Source of the DNA: Bacteroidota bacterium
Lineage (GTDB): Bacteria > Bacteroidota > Rhodothermia > Rhodothermales > Bin80
DNA: 35,178 nucleotides
Assembly: GCA_026702635.1 (NCBI GenBank)
Contig: JAPPBZ010000181.1
Span: 1 to 35,178 of the forward strand
Direction of reading: 5' to 3'
A program made the position numbers and the translations under genes. The notes beneath the pieces were generated by a model, which saw only the letters and a list, made by a program, of their open reading frames with translations, did no database searches and had not been told where the DNA came from. Numbering within the stretch: position 1 is the first letter of the stretch; every line of letters starts with the position of its first letter. This document shows positions 20,001 to 28,732 of this stretch, one piece after another.

Positions 20001-22349
20001 ATTCGTCGCATCGGACTCAACCTCGACCCCGTCTGCAACATGCAGCGTCGCGACCGTCAGTGCTCCGTTGACTTCTAGGTCCTCATTCGTAACCAACGCA
20101 TCAAGCATCAATGCAGCGCCATCAGCCACGTGCCCATCGTCATCGGACAATACAAGGCGGGTCCCAGCGTTTAACGAGAAGATGTTCGAGCACATCCCGT
20201 TATCCATGGCCACTGCTGCCGATTCCATTTCAAACGGGTCACCCGTTGCAAAAAGGTCTCCGTCCACACTAAGGTTGTGGGCCGAAATGACATCATTGGC
20301 CCCCATTTCTGCATCCAGAAGGATTCTGTCCATGTGCTCTTCTTCAATGACCACATCTCGTTGGACATAGGACATCATGGCGGAACTCGCCTTGCCTGCG
20401 GGCGCTGCCGCGAAAATCACACGAGGAGCACAGCGCGTATCGTCTCGGTTCGCTGCCGAAGGTCTATTGGTAATCTCACTGGATTGTACATACAAATCCT
20501 CCTCGATCGTCGCCATACCTTTAAACTGTACACCAGGAATATAAAATCCCGCTCCTGCAGCCGCCGTACCCTGGGCCTTGAAGAACCGCATATCCGAAGT
20601 CCCATCGTCCACAAACACATTCTCAGAACCATCGCTGGCATTGATCGTGATCGTTACGGAGTTTGTCGCCCCCGCACGCACCACGTCTTCATCCAGCATA
20701 CCCAGCGTCACGATGATCGTCTCAGCACCCTCATCGTCACTATCATCAGTTACGCTGATATCAACTGTTCCGGTCGTCCCGCTCGAAATTTCAATTTGGA
20801 ACGGATCGGGAAGAGCAGCATAGTCCGTACCGGCAGTGGCCGTTCCACTCGCTGTCAGCGGAACCGTTACCGTAGTCCCAGCTGGATGTTCTTTGTTAAG
20901 GGTTGCTGTCACCGTCACCGTACCAACGTCCTCATCCACTGTAGCAGAAGCCACCGAGAGGCTCACTACCGGCGTATCTAAGACTCGAACCTCGTCCATT
21001 GTGGCACGATAGGTACAAGTAAACGGGACATCTTCAGCCGCCGATGCTAGCTTGACCCCCATTCGAACACTGGTGGCAACTGTTTCGCCATCCGGTCCGT
21101 CTTCCGCAGTTCCAGTCCGCGTCCGCGCTGCACCGAACGCAGCCGGAAACATATTGGTCGGTAGTGTTCCATCTTCCAGGATTACACTCCCCGTGACTGT
21201 AGCGTTCTTCTCAAATACAACCCGGGCGTCGTTCCACTGGACCACATCACCATCAACCTCGACATTATTCCTGAAAATGACGTCCGTCGTGATATTCAGG
21301 GTCTCAGTGAAGCCACCAGTGGGCTCAGTGATACTCCCCGCAACCGTTATGTCACCGATATTTCCAAGAGTAACACAGATATTCCCCGCCGCAATTGCAC
21401 GGATCTCATTCTCGATTTCCCCACCACCCGTAATCCAGACACAATCTTCCTGATTGGCCACATTCTTGCTGTCGGGCATGTAGTCACTACTCATATGGAA
21501 GTAGTCATCATCAGGGACCGGAGGAGTTGCGGTAGCATCTCCGTTAGCGCCCCGGCCCGCTCCATCAGATGTAGCTGCATGCGCAATCCAGACCGTACCC
21601 GGCCCGTCAATCGTACCATTCACAGTTAGAATACCCTTCGGATCATTCTCACCCGCTTTCTTCAAAGGAACGCGCAGATCAATCTCAGTCGCGGCTGTTG
21701 CGCCGCCCACAGTCAAGGTTGCTCCACTGTTAACCACCAATGAATCAACGCGAAGCATTGCATCAGCAGCTGATCCTTCTATCGTAAGATCGTCCGCGAC
21801 CACAAGCGATCCAATCGTAGCACTCGTGGTGGTCAGAGTCCCTGAAATCATCAGCCGAGATGCTGGATTTTTCTCGTTTGGAGCTGGATCAACGAGTAAA
21901 GGACTCGTGCCATCTGTCCTGAGATTCGTAACATCTGCGAACTGAACGGTGGACAATGAGTCAAGCTCAAACTGACCGCTGGTGCCAATCTGAAAATTCC
22001 CCGTGAATTCCAGTGCTCCCTTCACACGATCCCCGCTACCCCGCACATAGGCACCAAAACGATTTGCGTTCCCCAACTCGGCAGCAGGTGACGCAACCGT
22101 GACGGCCCCACCTGACCTCCGAACCCGGATCAGGATGACATCCCCCGCAGTAGTGGCAGAACTCACGGCCTGATCCAACAAGCATGGGGTCGGGTGACCA
22201 CCATTAGTTTCGGTACTAGCACAAGCGGTACCGCTACCATTATCTGGATCTACATAATAGGTGGTTTGTGCAAACGCACCAGGGGCAATGAACAGCATGG
22301 CAAACAGTACCACACAGCCAACCCCGAAAAGATTAGTAATGTATTTCAT
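16692..22349 (-). CDS. giant secreted surface protein, paralog 2 (same architecture as paralog 1)
   Basis: The protein is 1885 aa with a signal peptide (...FIAPGAFA|QT). Its Calx-beta segment is canonical (VVSLSVASATVDEDVGTVTVTATL...TVPLTASGTATAGTDYAAL...DDSDDEGAETIIVTLG). It also has DUF4397-like modules. The last 159 aa are identical to paralog 1, including the T9SS sorting domain. Confidence 0.9.
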   Translation of the reverse strand: MKYITNLFGVGCVVLFAMLFIAPGAFAQTTYYVDPDNGSGTACASTETNGGHPTPCLLDQAVSSATTAGDVILIRVRRSGGAVTVASPAAELGNANRFGAYVRGSGDRVKGALEFTGNFQIGTSGQFELDSLSTVQFADVTNLRTDGTSPLLVDPAPNEKNPASRLMISGTLTTTSATIGSLVVADDLTIEGSAADAMLRVDSLVVNSGATLTVGGATAATEIDLRVPLKKAGENDPKGILTVNGTIDGPGTVWIAHAATSDGAGRGANGDATATPPVPDDDYFHMSSDYMPDSKNVANQEDCVWITGGGEIENEIRAIAAGNICVTLGNIGDITVAGSITEPTGGFTETLNITTDVIFRNNVEVDGDVVQWNDARVVFEKNATVTGSVILEDGTLPTNMFPAAFGAARTRTGTAEDGPDGETVATSVRMGVKLASAAEDVPFTCTYRATMDEVRVLDTPVVSLSVASATVDEDVGTVTVTATLNKEHPAGTTVTVPLTASGTATAGTDYAALPDPFQIEISSGTTGTVDISVTDDSDDEGAETIIVTLGMLDEDVVRAGATNSVTITINASDGSENVFVDDGTSDMRFFKAQGTAAAGAGFYIPGVQFKGMATIEEDLYVQSSEITNRPSAANRDDTRCAPRVIFAAAPAGKASSAMMSYVQRDVVIEEEHMDRILLDAEMGANDVISAHNLSVDGDLFATGDPFEMESAAVAMDNGMCSNIFSLNAGTRLVLSDDDGHVADGAALMLDALVTNEDLEVNGALTVATLHVADGVEVESDATNSVSVTAGLILQGELDGALGAGSTLTKLVYGTRRTDLVNVSSLTSLTVHIDDGEFRLDQVTSVANFGLCKGNVVLFEAGTAEQNTLTVNDFLTVKDGTLSLDTNEPGSIGTDETKPNAAATDGYILKYVTEGERMASSEWSAHARKVAIDHKDAVIIVTEAKSLVEGVHIFNGHLHLKGDGSHLTVGMPVVSGVSPFVMVDNAELHSNGNNVMVHGTVTVATGMRNNQPEVGKIVTGGGELHVLGTTTNKLYNNESAMATVGVKGTIDVGMGALQLGPAYEEPTNGLEGDARPDVILTLNKSDKGMGAVTGKVFVPKGSKETRINGEAFDTVVLDGTGNAKKDANGAGNWGGGLYFHDRKVTIDSLAAMNDAAVEFYDQTDPKTDAYAIEIKKDVALTSARIYVNGANTLKFGGNLTFGETGGMRVWDDAKVTVMGDFTQNAGSQHAGHQDGVGLAGSNTLTVMGDFMVADGAHRFESNANTDLVLKGDFHFAAVKTGSDKALAADLEFSGTESQMASAGVDLGHVVVNNSKGIVLADSVMQGGSSTLTLTRGIISGMYPWTVKNAGIEEDVRGRNNALMTCATDASCASVIKGGSRRAHASAGVARHVMYGNSGGGELSGGYLFPVGGMNGDRAHYRPLVLQLEDDLSEAMPATVTSMMASDDMMPSWPADNILVPIQGGLLTLDAHANIFWKVELKEAVDQNPHIRIAAGGLVNVFDDSRLRMVQWDCDWSNPRLAGTQIVGTDEDSFAENGYVNGVLNLTQESVDVGTCAILGVAANGLENPIHRDEITGGLAEVQFIHNAVIPVPVDVSLDGAPLTSGLTFQNATGYTMVSAGSHEVRFQPLGVPAEQGITVELPTLQADKSYAVIAHGTLVSNAVKTIETRKTSTASNMVEAILVHGSGDASAVNVNLLDPYDSNQLERIVARQLAFDQTTKYLQFDPDFVNLQVTGADNMEIAVFQLDLSGRQGEAVILNLSNLAAALEVYGVDVNGDRVSSFVVTDVIDTEELPTEFTLHGNYPNPFNPSTRIQFDLPETAQVSLQIVDMLGREVMTLPAKEFEAGANRSIELNAVNLASGTYLYRMIATGAESRYVKTGRMTLVK

Positions 22350-23189
22350 GTGTTTGGAGCCTCACTCCATTTGTTAATAGATATTACAATACAGGCCACG
22401 CTGCAATCAAAAGTGAGCGCAGGTGTCCCCGAAAATACACGCGAAGCATGAAGTACGCGTAACCCCTCCCAGTAATTCTCCTCAGAAAATATAAGAACAA
22501 ATACAATAACTGTTGCAACCTATCAGATCACAACAGGACATTCAACGTGTACAGGTACGTAAGGATACTCCACCCGGTCTACGACCCACGGCGGGTCCAT
22601 GCGCACCGGCCCCTCCAACAACCATTGAATCTGTTTGATCCAGAAATACTGAATTCGTTGTAACATCACACTTGAGTTCGCCTTTCGATAAGATGCGCAT
22701 TCAATCAAATCGCCCCAGCGAGCCTCGTCCTTGCCCAAAAAGGTAACTCAATCAAGCGAAGTGCCACAAACCAGTCAATCCCTCAAAAAGCCAGACTCAA
22801 TCCTGCAAACAGATGGGACCGTCGGTAAGGTCAACCACAGCCCTTCATGAGCACCTTCTCCCGGACCCACTGCGTGCTCCGTGAAACGCGCGTTATACTA
22901 CTATATATGGGCTCAGGGACCGCACGACGATTCAACGGACCAAGTGGCTTATCCGGCATTCCCGCTCCAGGGGCTTCCCCAGATATGAATCAAGGCAGAG
23001 AGGGACTCACACATTGGCCATGTTACCGTGTGTACGGATCTGTGCACCGGTACGTCTAACTTCCCAGAGAAAAATCAGACCGGGCAGGAGATTTTAGCCC
23101 ACCTTACATTTTTCTCAAACTGTAACAGAGAGTCTACTTCTAAACACCGCAGTCGCGTGTACCACAGGAAACCATCCACCTACACGCGA

Positions 23190-23513
23190 ATGCTACTTCG
23201 TAGAATACGACTCCTGTCCTCTACAGCTGTGATCGGATCTGTAGTGATTCTGCTCCCTGTCCTTGCCGATGCCAGCGGTGTCGGAGGTGTCAGGGTTGCC
23301 ACCTCCACCGTATCCAAGATCGTTGGGCTGCTCACTGGTGACCTGGCCACGGCTGCGTTCCTCTTGATCATTGTTCTGGGCGGTCTCGCCTGGTGGGTAA
23401 CCCGCTCCAGCCGTGCCGGCGAAATCCTCGGTCGAACTGTGATGGGAGCCGTAATCATCTTTGGAGCCGTCCAGATCAGTGAGTTCTTTTCCTTCCAAGG
23501 CGCTGTCATCTAA
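23190..23513 (+). CDS. trbC: T4SS pilin precursor, TrbC/VirB2 family
   Basis: The internal ATG at 23190 gives a 107-aa protein with a long leader (MLLRRIRLLSSTAVIGSVVILLPVLADA|SG). Two hydrophobic helices follow (AAFLLIIVLGGLAWWV; VMGAVIIFGAV), as is typical of VirB2/TrbC. It sits directly before trbD with a TAATG overlap. The 54-codon N-terminal extension of the tracked ORF looks non-native. Confidence 0.7.
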   Translation: MLLRRIRLLSSTAVIGSVVILLPVLADASGVGGVRVATSTVSKIVGLLTGDLATAAFLLIIVLGGLAWWVTRSSRAGEILGRTVMGAVIIFGAVQISEFFSFQGAVI

Positions 23514-23842
23514 TGGAGAACACCCGCGAAGCATTAGAGATGGCTCCCGTACATGCATCCCTTCAGCGCCACCCTACCATGGGCGGCCTGCCACAGGATG
23601 CGTTCCTGTTGTTGGCACTGATCATGATCACGATGGGGGTTGCCTCACGCCTGGACCCGAAAGTTCTGGCAGGATGTGGTTTGGCATATTTGGTCCTGCT
23701 GCCACTGCTTCGGAGGGTATTTGAAAAAGACCCATTCTTCATGGTTGTGGTGCCGCGGGCTTTGAGGTACACCCCACGCTACCTGAGACAGGAAAAAGAG
23801 GTCACGCGTCACTGGCGTGATCGCTCAGCACGAACGCGTTGA
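23513..23842 (+). CDS. trbD: T4SS inner-membrane protein, TrbD/VirB3 family
   Basis: The protein is 109 aa. It has LQRHPTMGGLP followed by a TM segment (FLLLALIMITMGV) and EKDPFFMVVVPRALRY, matching the VirB3/TrbD pattern. It is translationally coupled to both neighbours. Confidence 0.75.
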   Translation: MENTREALEMAPVHASLQRHPTMGGLPQDAFLLLALIMITMGVASRLDPKVLAGCGLAYLVLLPLLRRVFEKDPFFMVVVPRALRYTPRYLRQEKEVTRHWRDRSARTR

Positions 23843-26265
23843 TGGATCCATTGACATTTGGAATCGGCACAGCCACGGGTGCCGGGGCAGTTTGGGCGAT
23901 CAATCGACTACAGCACCTGAAAAGGCCTGCTGAGGGACTTGGAGACCTTCTGGGATGGGCATTCCTGATTGACGAAGGTGTCATTCTCATGAAAGACGGA
24001 TCGTTTGTGAGCGGATTTGAACTTGATCCTCCCGACCTGGAAACGACCAGTGCAGCAGAAGCAAACAGCGTAACCGATACCGTTCATGATATGCTGATGC
24101 TTCTGGGAGAAGGATATGGGATTGAAGTCAATGTGCATCGTAGACATAGCACCGAGTACCCGATCCGGGGAAATCCTAACTTCCCAACCGCCTCCCTGCA
24201 AGCCATGGAGCACGAGCGGCAAAGGCAATACCAGGAGATCGGAAGCCACTATACCCTCAGGCGCACTATCCTTTTTACCTACACCCCACCCCGCGAGCTC
24301 TGGTCACGATGGGAAGTTCCTATGATTCAAGGAGCTCAAAAGGAATTTGACTATGCACAGACCCTGTCCGGATTCAACCGCGCCTTAAGTGAAGTTCGCG
24401 CACTGCTGGCCGGGCGGTTTCAAGTGACTCCGCTAAGCAGTAGTGACCTCCTGACCGAATGTCATTGTACACTCGCCGGTCATAATGAGCAAGTGGCCTC
24501 TCTTCCGAGCAGTTATCTCAGTCACACTCTTGCCTCCGATGATTTTCAGACGGGATTTTACCCGGTAATCGGAGGGCAGCACCTTTTTGTAGTCACGATT
24601 ACCTCCCTCGGAGTGCAGACGCAGGTAGGAGACGGGGCATTCTTTCATCGTATTGAGGGCGAGGGTCGCTGGCACATGCGATTTATCGGAATGGATCGGC
24701 ACACAGCCGGGCGCCGCATCAAGCGACTACAAACCAGCTGGTTCCATCAACGACGGGGATTACGAAAATTGATCGCGCCCGAGGAGGATGGATTTGAAGA
24801 TCAAGATGCCGTGGCCATGCAACACGAAACTGCCTCCGCATACGCAGAATCTGCCAGCGGCCGTGTCCGATTTGGATACTTCACGAACACTTTTATCCTG
24901 CGTGACCAGCAGATGCAACGTGGCCTGGCACGCAGCCAAGCACTTTTACAGGCTTTACGGGATCAGGGGTATACGTGTGCTTTGGAAACAATCAACGCAA
25001 CCGATGCCTTCATCGGAACGCTTCCCGGCCATGGCTATGCCAATCTCCGTCGCCCCCTTTTATCCAGTCGCAACATTGCACATCTATTCCCGGTTTCCGC
25101 ACCGTGGAAAGGAAGTTCAACCTGCCCCAATCCCATGTTCCCGGATGGTAGCCCCGCACTGGCCTGTACGCGAACCCCGGGTGGCATGCCATTTATGGTG
25201 AATCTGTATCAGGGAGATGTAGGGCACACGCTCGTCATTGGAGCAACCGGTGCGGGCAAGAGTGTGCTTGTTGGATGGCTAGCGCTCAATTTTTTACGTT
25301 ATCCAAAGAGCCGCGTCCACATCTTTGATATAGGACAATCTCATCAGATCCCCTGCATGGCTGCAGATGGGGTTCACTTTTCATTTGGAACTACGAATCC
25401 ACTGCAGCCCCTTCGCCATATTCACGAGGAAACCGAGAGGTTATGGGCATTAACCTGGCTGGAGACGATCTATGACCTTGCAAGCGAGTTGCCAAGTGCA
25501 GATGGGCGCTTGGCACTTGCAGATACACTTAATCTCCTTTGTCAATCGCCGCCAGAACATCGAACCCTGTCCGCGCTTCACCTTCTATTGCCGCAGCCGC
25601 TGCAAAGCACCATGGTGCAGTATACTGCAGACGGGCCTTATGGTCGGCTCTTTGATGGGGATAACGGAGCAGAGGCTTCTGTGCGTATGCACGTCTATGA
25701 ACTCGGTCAAGTACTGGATCAGGGGGATGCAGTTGTGGTTCCCCTGCTCTTGGCACTGTTTCGATCTATTGAGCGCACACTGGACGGGTCCCCAACACTG
25801 ATTGTGATTGAGGAGGCTTGGGCTGCTCTCCTGCGGTCCCGTTTTGCAGAGCGGATCAAAGTCTGGCTTCTGACACTCAGAAAACACAATGCAGCCGTCC
25901 TTCTGGTCGCCCATTCGCCGTCTCAGATTGCCGCCCTCCCGAATGCAGCCTTGATTACGGAGTCATGCCCAACGAAAATTATTCTCCCCAACCCAGAAGC
26001 ACGAACCGAAGAGGGGGCAGCTATGTACCGTGCATTGGATCTGAGCCCGCGCGCAATCCATGTAGTTTCCTCTGCAAAACCAAAGCGAGAGTATTTCTAC
26101 AAGAGTCCGGCAGGAAGCCGACTCTTTGAACTGAATCTTGGATCGATCGCACGCACATTGCTGATGCCGCTACCCGGCATGAGCGCGGAAGACTCCCGTG
26201 CCCACATTCAGGAAGCCCTTCACGATCACGGACACGATTTCCTTAATCATATCAAGTACTCATGA
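23839..26265 (+). CDS. trbE: T4SS ATPase, TrbE/VirB4 family
   Basis: The protein is 808 aa. Walker A is VIGATGAGKSVL and Walker B-like is TLIVIEEAWAAL. Its size and position after VirB3 are typical. Confidence 0.95.
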   Translation: MMDPLTFGIGTATGAGAVWAINRLQHLKRPAEGLGDLLGWAFLIDEGVILMKDGSFVSGFELDPPDLETTSAAEANSVTDTVHDMLMLLGEGYGIEVNVHRRHSTEYPIRGNPNFPTASLQAMEHERQRQYQEIGSHYTLRRTILFTYTPPRELWSRWEVPMIQGAQKEFDYAQTLSGFNRALSEVRALLAGRFQVTPLSSSDLLTECHCTLAGHNEQVASLPSSYLSHTLASDDFQTGFYPVIGGQHLFVVTITSLGVQTQVGDGAFFHRIEGEGRWHMRFIGMDRHTAGRRIKRLQTSWFHQRRGLRKLIAPEEDGFEDQDAVAMQHETASAYAESASGRVRFGYFTNTFILRDQQMQRGLARSQALLQALRDQGYTCALETINATDAFIGTLPGHGYANLRRPLLSSRNIAHLFPVSAPWKGSSTCPNPMFPDGSPALACTRTPGGMPFMVNLYQGDVGHTLVIGATGAGKSVLVGWLALNFLRYPKSRVHIFDIGQSHQIPCMAADGVHFSFGTTNPLQPLRHIHEETERLWALTWLETIYDLASELPSADGRLALADTLNLLCQSPPEHRTLSALHLLLPQPLQSTMVQYTADGPYGRLFDGDNGAEASVRMHVYELGQVLDQGDAVVVPLLLALFRSIERTLDGSPTLIVIEEAWAALLRSRFAERIKVWLLTLRKHNAAVLLVAHSPSQIAALPNAALITESCPTKIILPNPEARTEEGAAMYRALDLSPRAIHVVSSAKPKREYFYKSPAGSRLFELNLGSIARTLLMPLPGMSAEDSRAHIQEALHDHGHDFLNHIKYS

Positions 26266-27005
26266 AACGCTTACTGTTATTGATCCTGCTGATTGGGAGT
26301 GCGACTGGAAGCCGGGCGCAACTCCCTGTCGTTGATGTAGCCGTCCTGGCAGAAACCATTGCAACCGTTGCCGAACTTCGCCAACAGGTAGACTTGCTCT
26401 TAAAAGAGGTCGCACTGTCCACGGAAATCAGACAGAACACCAAAGTACACTTGCACAGGTATGAGCGCGCTCTGTCGAAACGCGGCCTCATTCCGACAGA
26501 GGCACTCGGGACGTATGTTCGGAAGATTCGACAAGCACATGAGACGGCTCATGGCATGACCTGGGAGAACCCGGAAAAATTTCGGAGGACCTTTCTGATG
26601 TATCAGAATCCGCCGGATCCGCTGGCAGCTCAAAAGGCTGCGCATGAGCAAACGATGTCGACACTCCAAGGGACTCTAGCATCTCTACAGGTTCATAATC
26701 ACTCTGTCGATCAAGCACACGAAGAACTGGAGCGCCTGAAACAGGAAATCATTCATGCCAAGGAGCCCCAAGAGATGCGTGATGTACAGGCGAACCTTCA
26801 GGTAGTGCATGCCCGCGAACTATTGCTCACCCGACAGGCATTTATGACACTGGTGAATCTGGAGGCGGTCCGCGCTGCTGAAGCGGTCAGTCAAAAAGCA
26901 CAGGAGCGCATGCGCTATGACGCGTTCGTGGGAAGTGCTGAATGGTTGGGAGATCCTACCCGTTATGATGTGAAGCGCTTCTTGAAAATGCCCGAAACCC
27001 CATAA
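26262..27005 (+). CDS. trbJ: P-type conjugative transfer protein TrbJ (VirB5-like)
   Basis: The protein is 247 aa. It has a signal peptide (LLLILLIGSATGSRA|Q), then QLPVVDVAVLAETIATVAELRQQ and a long coiled-coil-like helical body. Its position is between trbE and trbL, with an ATGA overlap with trbE. Confidence 0.75.
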   Translation: MKRLLLLILLIGSATGSRAQLPVVDVAVLAETIATVAELRQQVDLLLKEVALSTEIRQNTKVHLHRYERALSKRGLIPTEALGTYVRKIRQAHETAHGMTWENPEKFRRTFLMYQNPPDPLAAQKAAHEQTMSTLQGTLASLQVHNHSVDQAHEELERLKQEIIHAKEPQEMRDVQANLQVVHARELLLTRQAFMTLVNLEAVRAAEAVSQKAQERMRYDAFVGSAEWLGDPTRYDVKRFLKMPETP

Positions 27006-27057
27006 CAGGCACCGAAACACCTCAGTACGGGCCCCCCTACCCCAGGGATCCAACTGC

Positions 27058-27966
27058 ATGCAAGCACAACAGGCCATACAGAACTGTGCACCCACGATGT
27101 TTTTCGATTGTGCACAGGAAGTTTTTCGACTAACCACAGAGGCTTGGCTGACCCGTGCGCTGGATGCAGCACAGACACTCTTTCTCAGTTTGGCACTCCT
27201 GGAGATTGTGGTAACTGGCTATATGGTTTGGGCCGGGCGCGGAAAACAAGGGGGAGACCTCATCAGCCAGTTTGCGCTCAAGATTGGCCTATTGGCCTTC
27301 GTACTCGGGCTCTTATCCACCTATCACAGATGGTTACCCATAATCGCACAGGGATTCGGAGAAACTGCAGTCTATATCGGTGGCAGTGACGTCTCGCACC
27401 TATCCCCTACTCATCTCCTAAATGTTGGGCTGAGCATGCTGCTCAGTGTTATGCAATCCGTAGGGTTGACCTCTGATCTTGTGACCTCCCTGGCCGTGAT
27501 TCCGGCACTCATCATGCTGCTGTGCTTCGTTGCACTTGCAGCACATCTGCTTGTGACGATGATTGAGAGCTATGTGGTTGTCACGGGTGGACTCTTCTTC
27601 GTCGGTTTTATGGCATTTCGTGGGACAGCTCCTCTTGGCGAAGGATATTTGAAGTATGTGGTCTATGTCGGAGTCAAGCTGTTTTTCATTATTCTGATCG
27701 CGGGGGTTGCCACCTCAATCGGGGACGATATGGTGGCACTCTTGGAATCATACGACAATCTGTGGCTGACGGCTTTCGAGCAGCTATTTTCTCAAAATCC
27801 TGGTGGCGCTGCTGGCGCGGTGTCTTCCCGGCTAGGGTTTCTGTGGTCCATGACAGCAGTAGCCATCTTGTTGGCGGGCCTAGGGCTTCATATGCCTGGA
27901 CGAATTGCAACGCAGTTGAGTAATGGCCTGACGATCAATTTCAAACGCGCATTGGAGAACCTGTAA
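27058..27966 (+). CDS. trbL: T4SS polytopic inner-membrane protein, TrbL/VirB6 family
   Basis: The protein is 302 aa with about 6 hydrophobic helices. Its position between trbJ and trbF matches the family. It is shorter than many TrbL proteins because it lacks a long C-terminal tail. Confidence 0.7.
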   Translation: MQAQQAIQNCAPTMFFDCAQEVFRLTTEAWLTRALDAAQTLFLSLALLEIVVTGYMVWAGRGKQGGDLISQFALKIGLLAFVLGLLSTYHRWLPIIAQGFGETAVYIGGSDVSHLSPTHLLNVGLSMLLSVMQSVGLTSDLVTSLAVIPALIMLLCFVALAAHLLVTMIESYVVVTGGLFFVGFMAFRGTAPLGEGYLKYVVYVGVKLFFIILIAGVATSIGDDMVALLESYDNLWLTAFEQLFSQNPGGAAGAVSSRLGFLWSMTAVAILLAGLGLHMPGRIATQLSNGLTINFKRALENL

Positions 27967-27968
27967 TC

Positions 27969-28631
27969 ATGGCAAAGGATGGCCATCCGTATCTGGAGGG
28001 GAGGTATGCGTTCGAACGACTCTTTGGCGATCTCGCCCGAGGCAGACGCTCCTGGCAATCCGTCGCGTTTCTCGCACTGCTGCTGAATCTCGTGCTCACT
28101 GGGGGATATATCCATTTGGCTTCACAGCAGAAGGTGGTCCCATACGTGGTGGAATTGGATGCGCTCGGTGAGATGCGAGCAGCGGGTAAACTATCGGTGC
28201 GTGATGTACCGGAGCGAGCGGTCACAGCCACACTGCGCAGATTTGTACACAACTTGCGTACGGTTCCCACCGATGCACGCCTATTAAATGTACGCTTACA
28301 GGATGCACGTACACATGTGCATGGTCGCGCCGCAAAGACATTAGTGACGGACCTGGATCGTGATCGGGAAAATCTGGAACGTATGCTTGAACGTGGAGAC
28401 ACTCGCTATGTGACCGAAATCAGTAGCGTTCTAAAGGTACCCGGTGAAGGGATCCTGTACCGGGTATCCTGGCGAGAGCTTCTCAGGGTTGGGCATGAGG
28501 AGCGCGTATCGGCATACGAAGGACATTTTCAGGTGCGGGTTGAATCGCCGGAAGATGAAGAAGCGCTGGACAATAATCCACTTGGCATCTACATCATGGA
28601 CTACGCATTGACCGAAGTGAGCACGCTCTAA
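27969..28631 (+). CDS. trbF: T4SS protein TrbF/VirB8 family
   Basis: The protein is 220 aa. Its N-terminus HPYLEGRYAFERLFGDLARGRRSWQSVAF resembles the TrbF signature (PYL..R.EW.ER.G......W). A single TM segment and a periplasmic domain follow. Confidence 0.8.
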   Translation: MAKDGHPYLEGRYAFERLFGDLARGRRSWQSVAFLALLLNLVLTGGYIHLASQQKVVPYVVELDALGEMRAAGKLSVRDVPERAVTATLRRFVHNLRTVPTDARLLNVRLQDARTHVHGRAAKTLVTDLDRDRENLERMLERGDTRYVTEISSVLKVPGEGILYRVSWRELLRVGHEERVSAYEGHFQVRVESPEDEEALDNNPLGIYIMDYALTEVSTL

Positions 28632-28642
28632 TTCAGACAAGC

Positions 28643-28732
28643 TCAGGCGAGGATTTTTACAAGATAGCGGAGGTGACCTAGAAGCTGTGTCTTCCCATCA
28701 AATTTCACATGGACTTCGGTGACGTCATTCAT
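28643..28732 (-). pseudogene. truncated hipA-like toxin stub (29 codons)
   Basis: Its ATG overlaps the stop of the upstream HTH gene in an ATGA arrangement. Hand translation gives MNDVTEVHVKFDGKTQLLGHLRYLVKILA*. The first ~23 aa fit the HipA N-terminal pattern (L.V...G..vG.L..). The reading frame then ends 12 nt from the trbF stop. Confidence 0.45.

Noticed and set aside
10535-21453. Long antisense ORFs within the giant genes (e.g. 11357-12226, 12614-13195, 17301-17960, 19278-19871, 20277-20981, all plus strand)
   Set aside because: They lie entirely opposite clearly coding, domain-bearing frames and have low-complexity Ser/Pro/Arg/Thr-rich translations. They recur in both paralogs only because the DNA is duplicated. 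This is a typical compositional artefact of long repetitive genes.
9986-22349. Diversity-generating retroelement (template/variable repeat) explanation for the near-identical 3' ends of the giant genes
   Set aside because: The substitutions just outside the identical tract are a mix of transitions and transversions at different bases (c/g, g/a, t/c, t/g, a/g), not adenine-specific. No reverse transcriptase or accessory gene is present in the window. The repeats are the ends of two full-length paralogs.
22523-22738. 71-aa ORF on the minus strand in the junction region as a functional gene
   Set aside because: Its only start is a TTG placed immediately after an in-frame TGA. It has no recognisable motif and no partner genes. 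It is treated as a possible fragment only (see the junction finding).
23028-23189. N-terminal 54-codon extension of the trbC ORF, and the 32846-33004 extension of the traG ORF
   Set aside because: The extensions lack signal or TM character and look non-native (Cys/His/Arg-rich). The traG extension would overlap trbI by 100 nt. Internal ATGs give proteins with canonical pilin-leader and T4CP TM N-termini.
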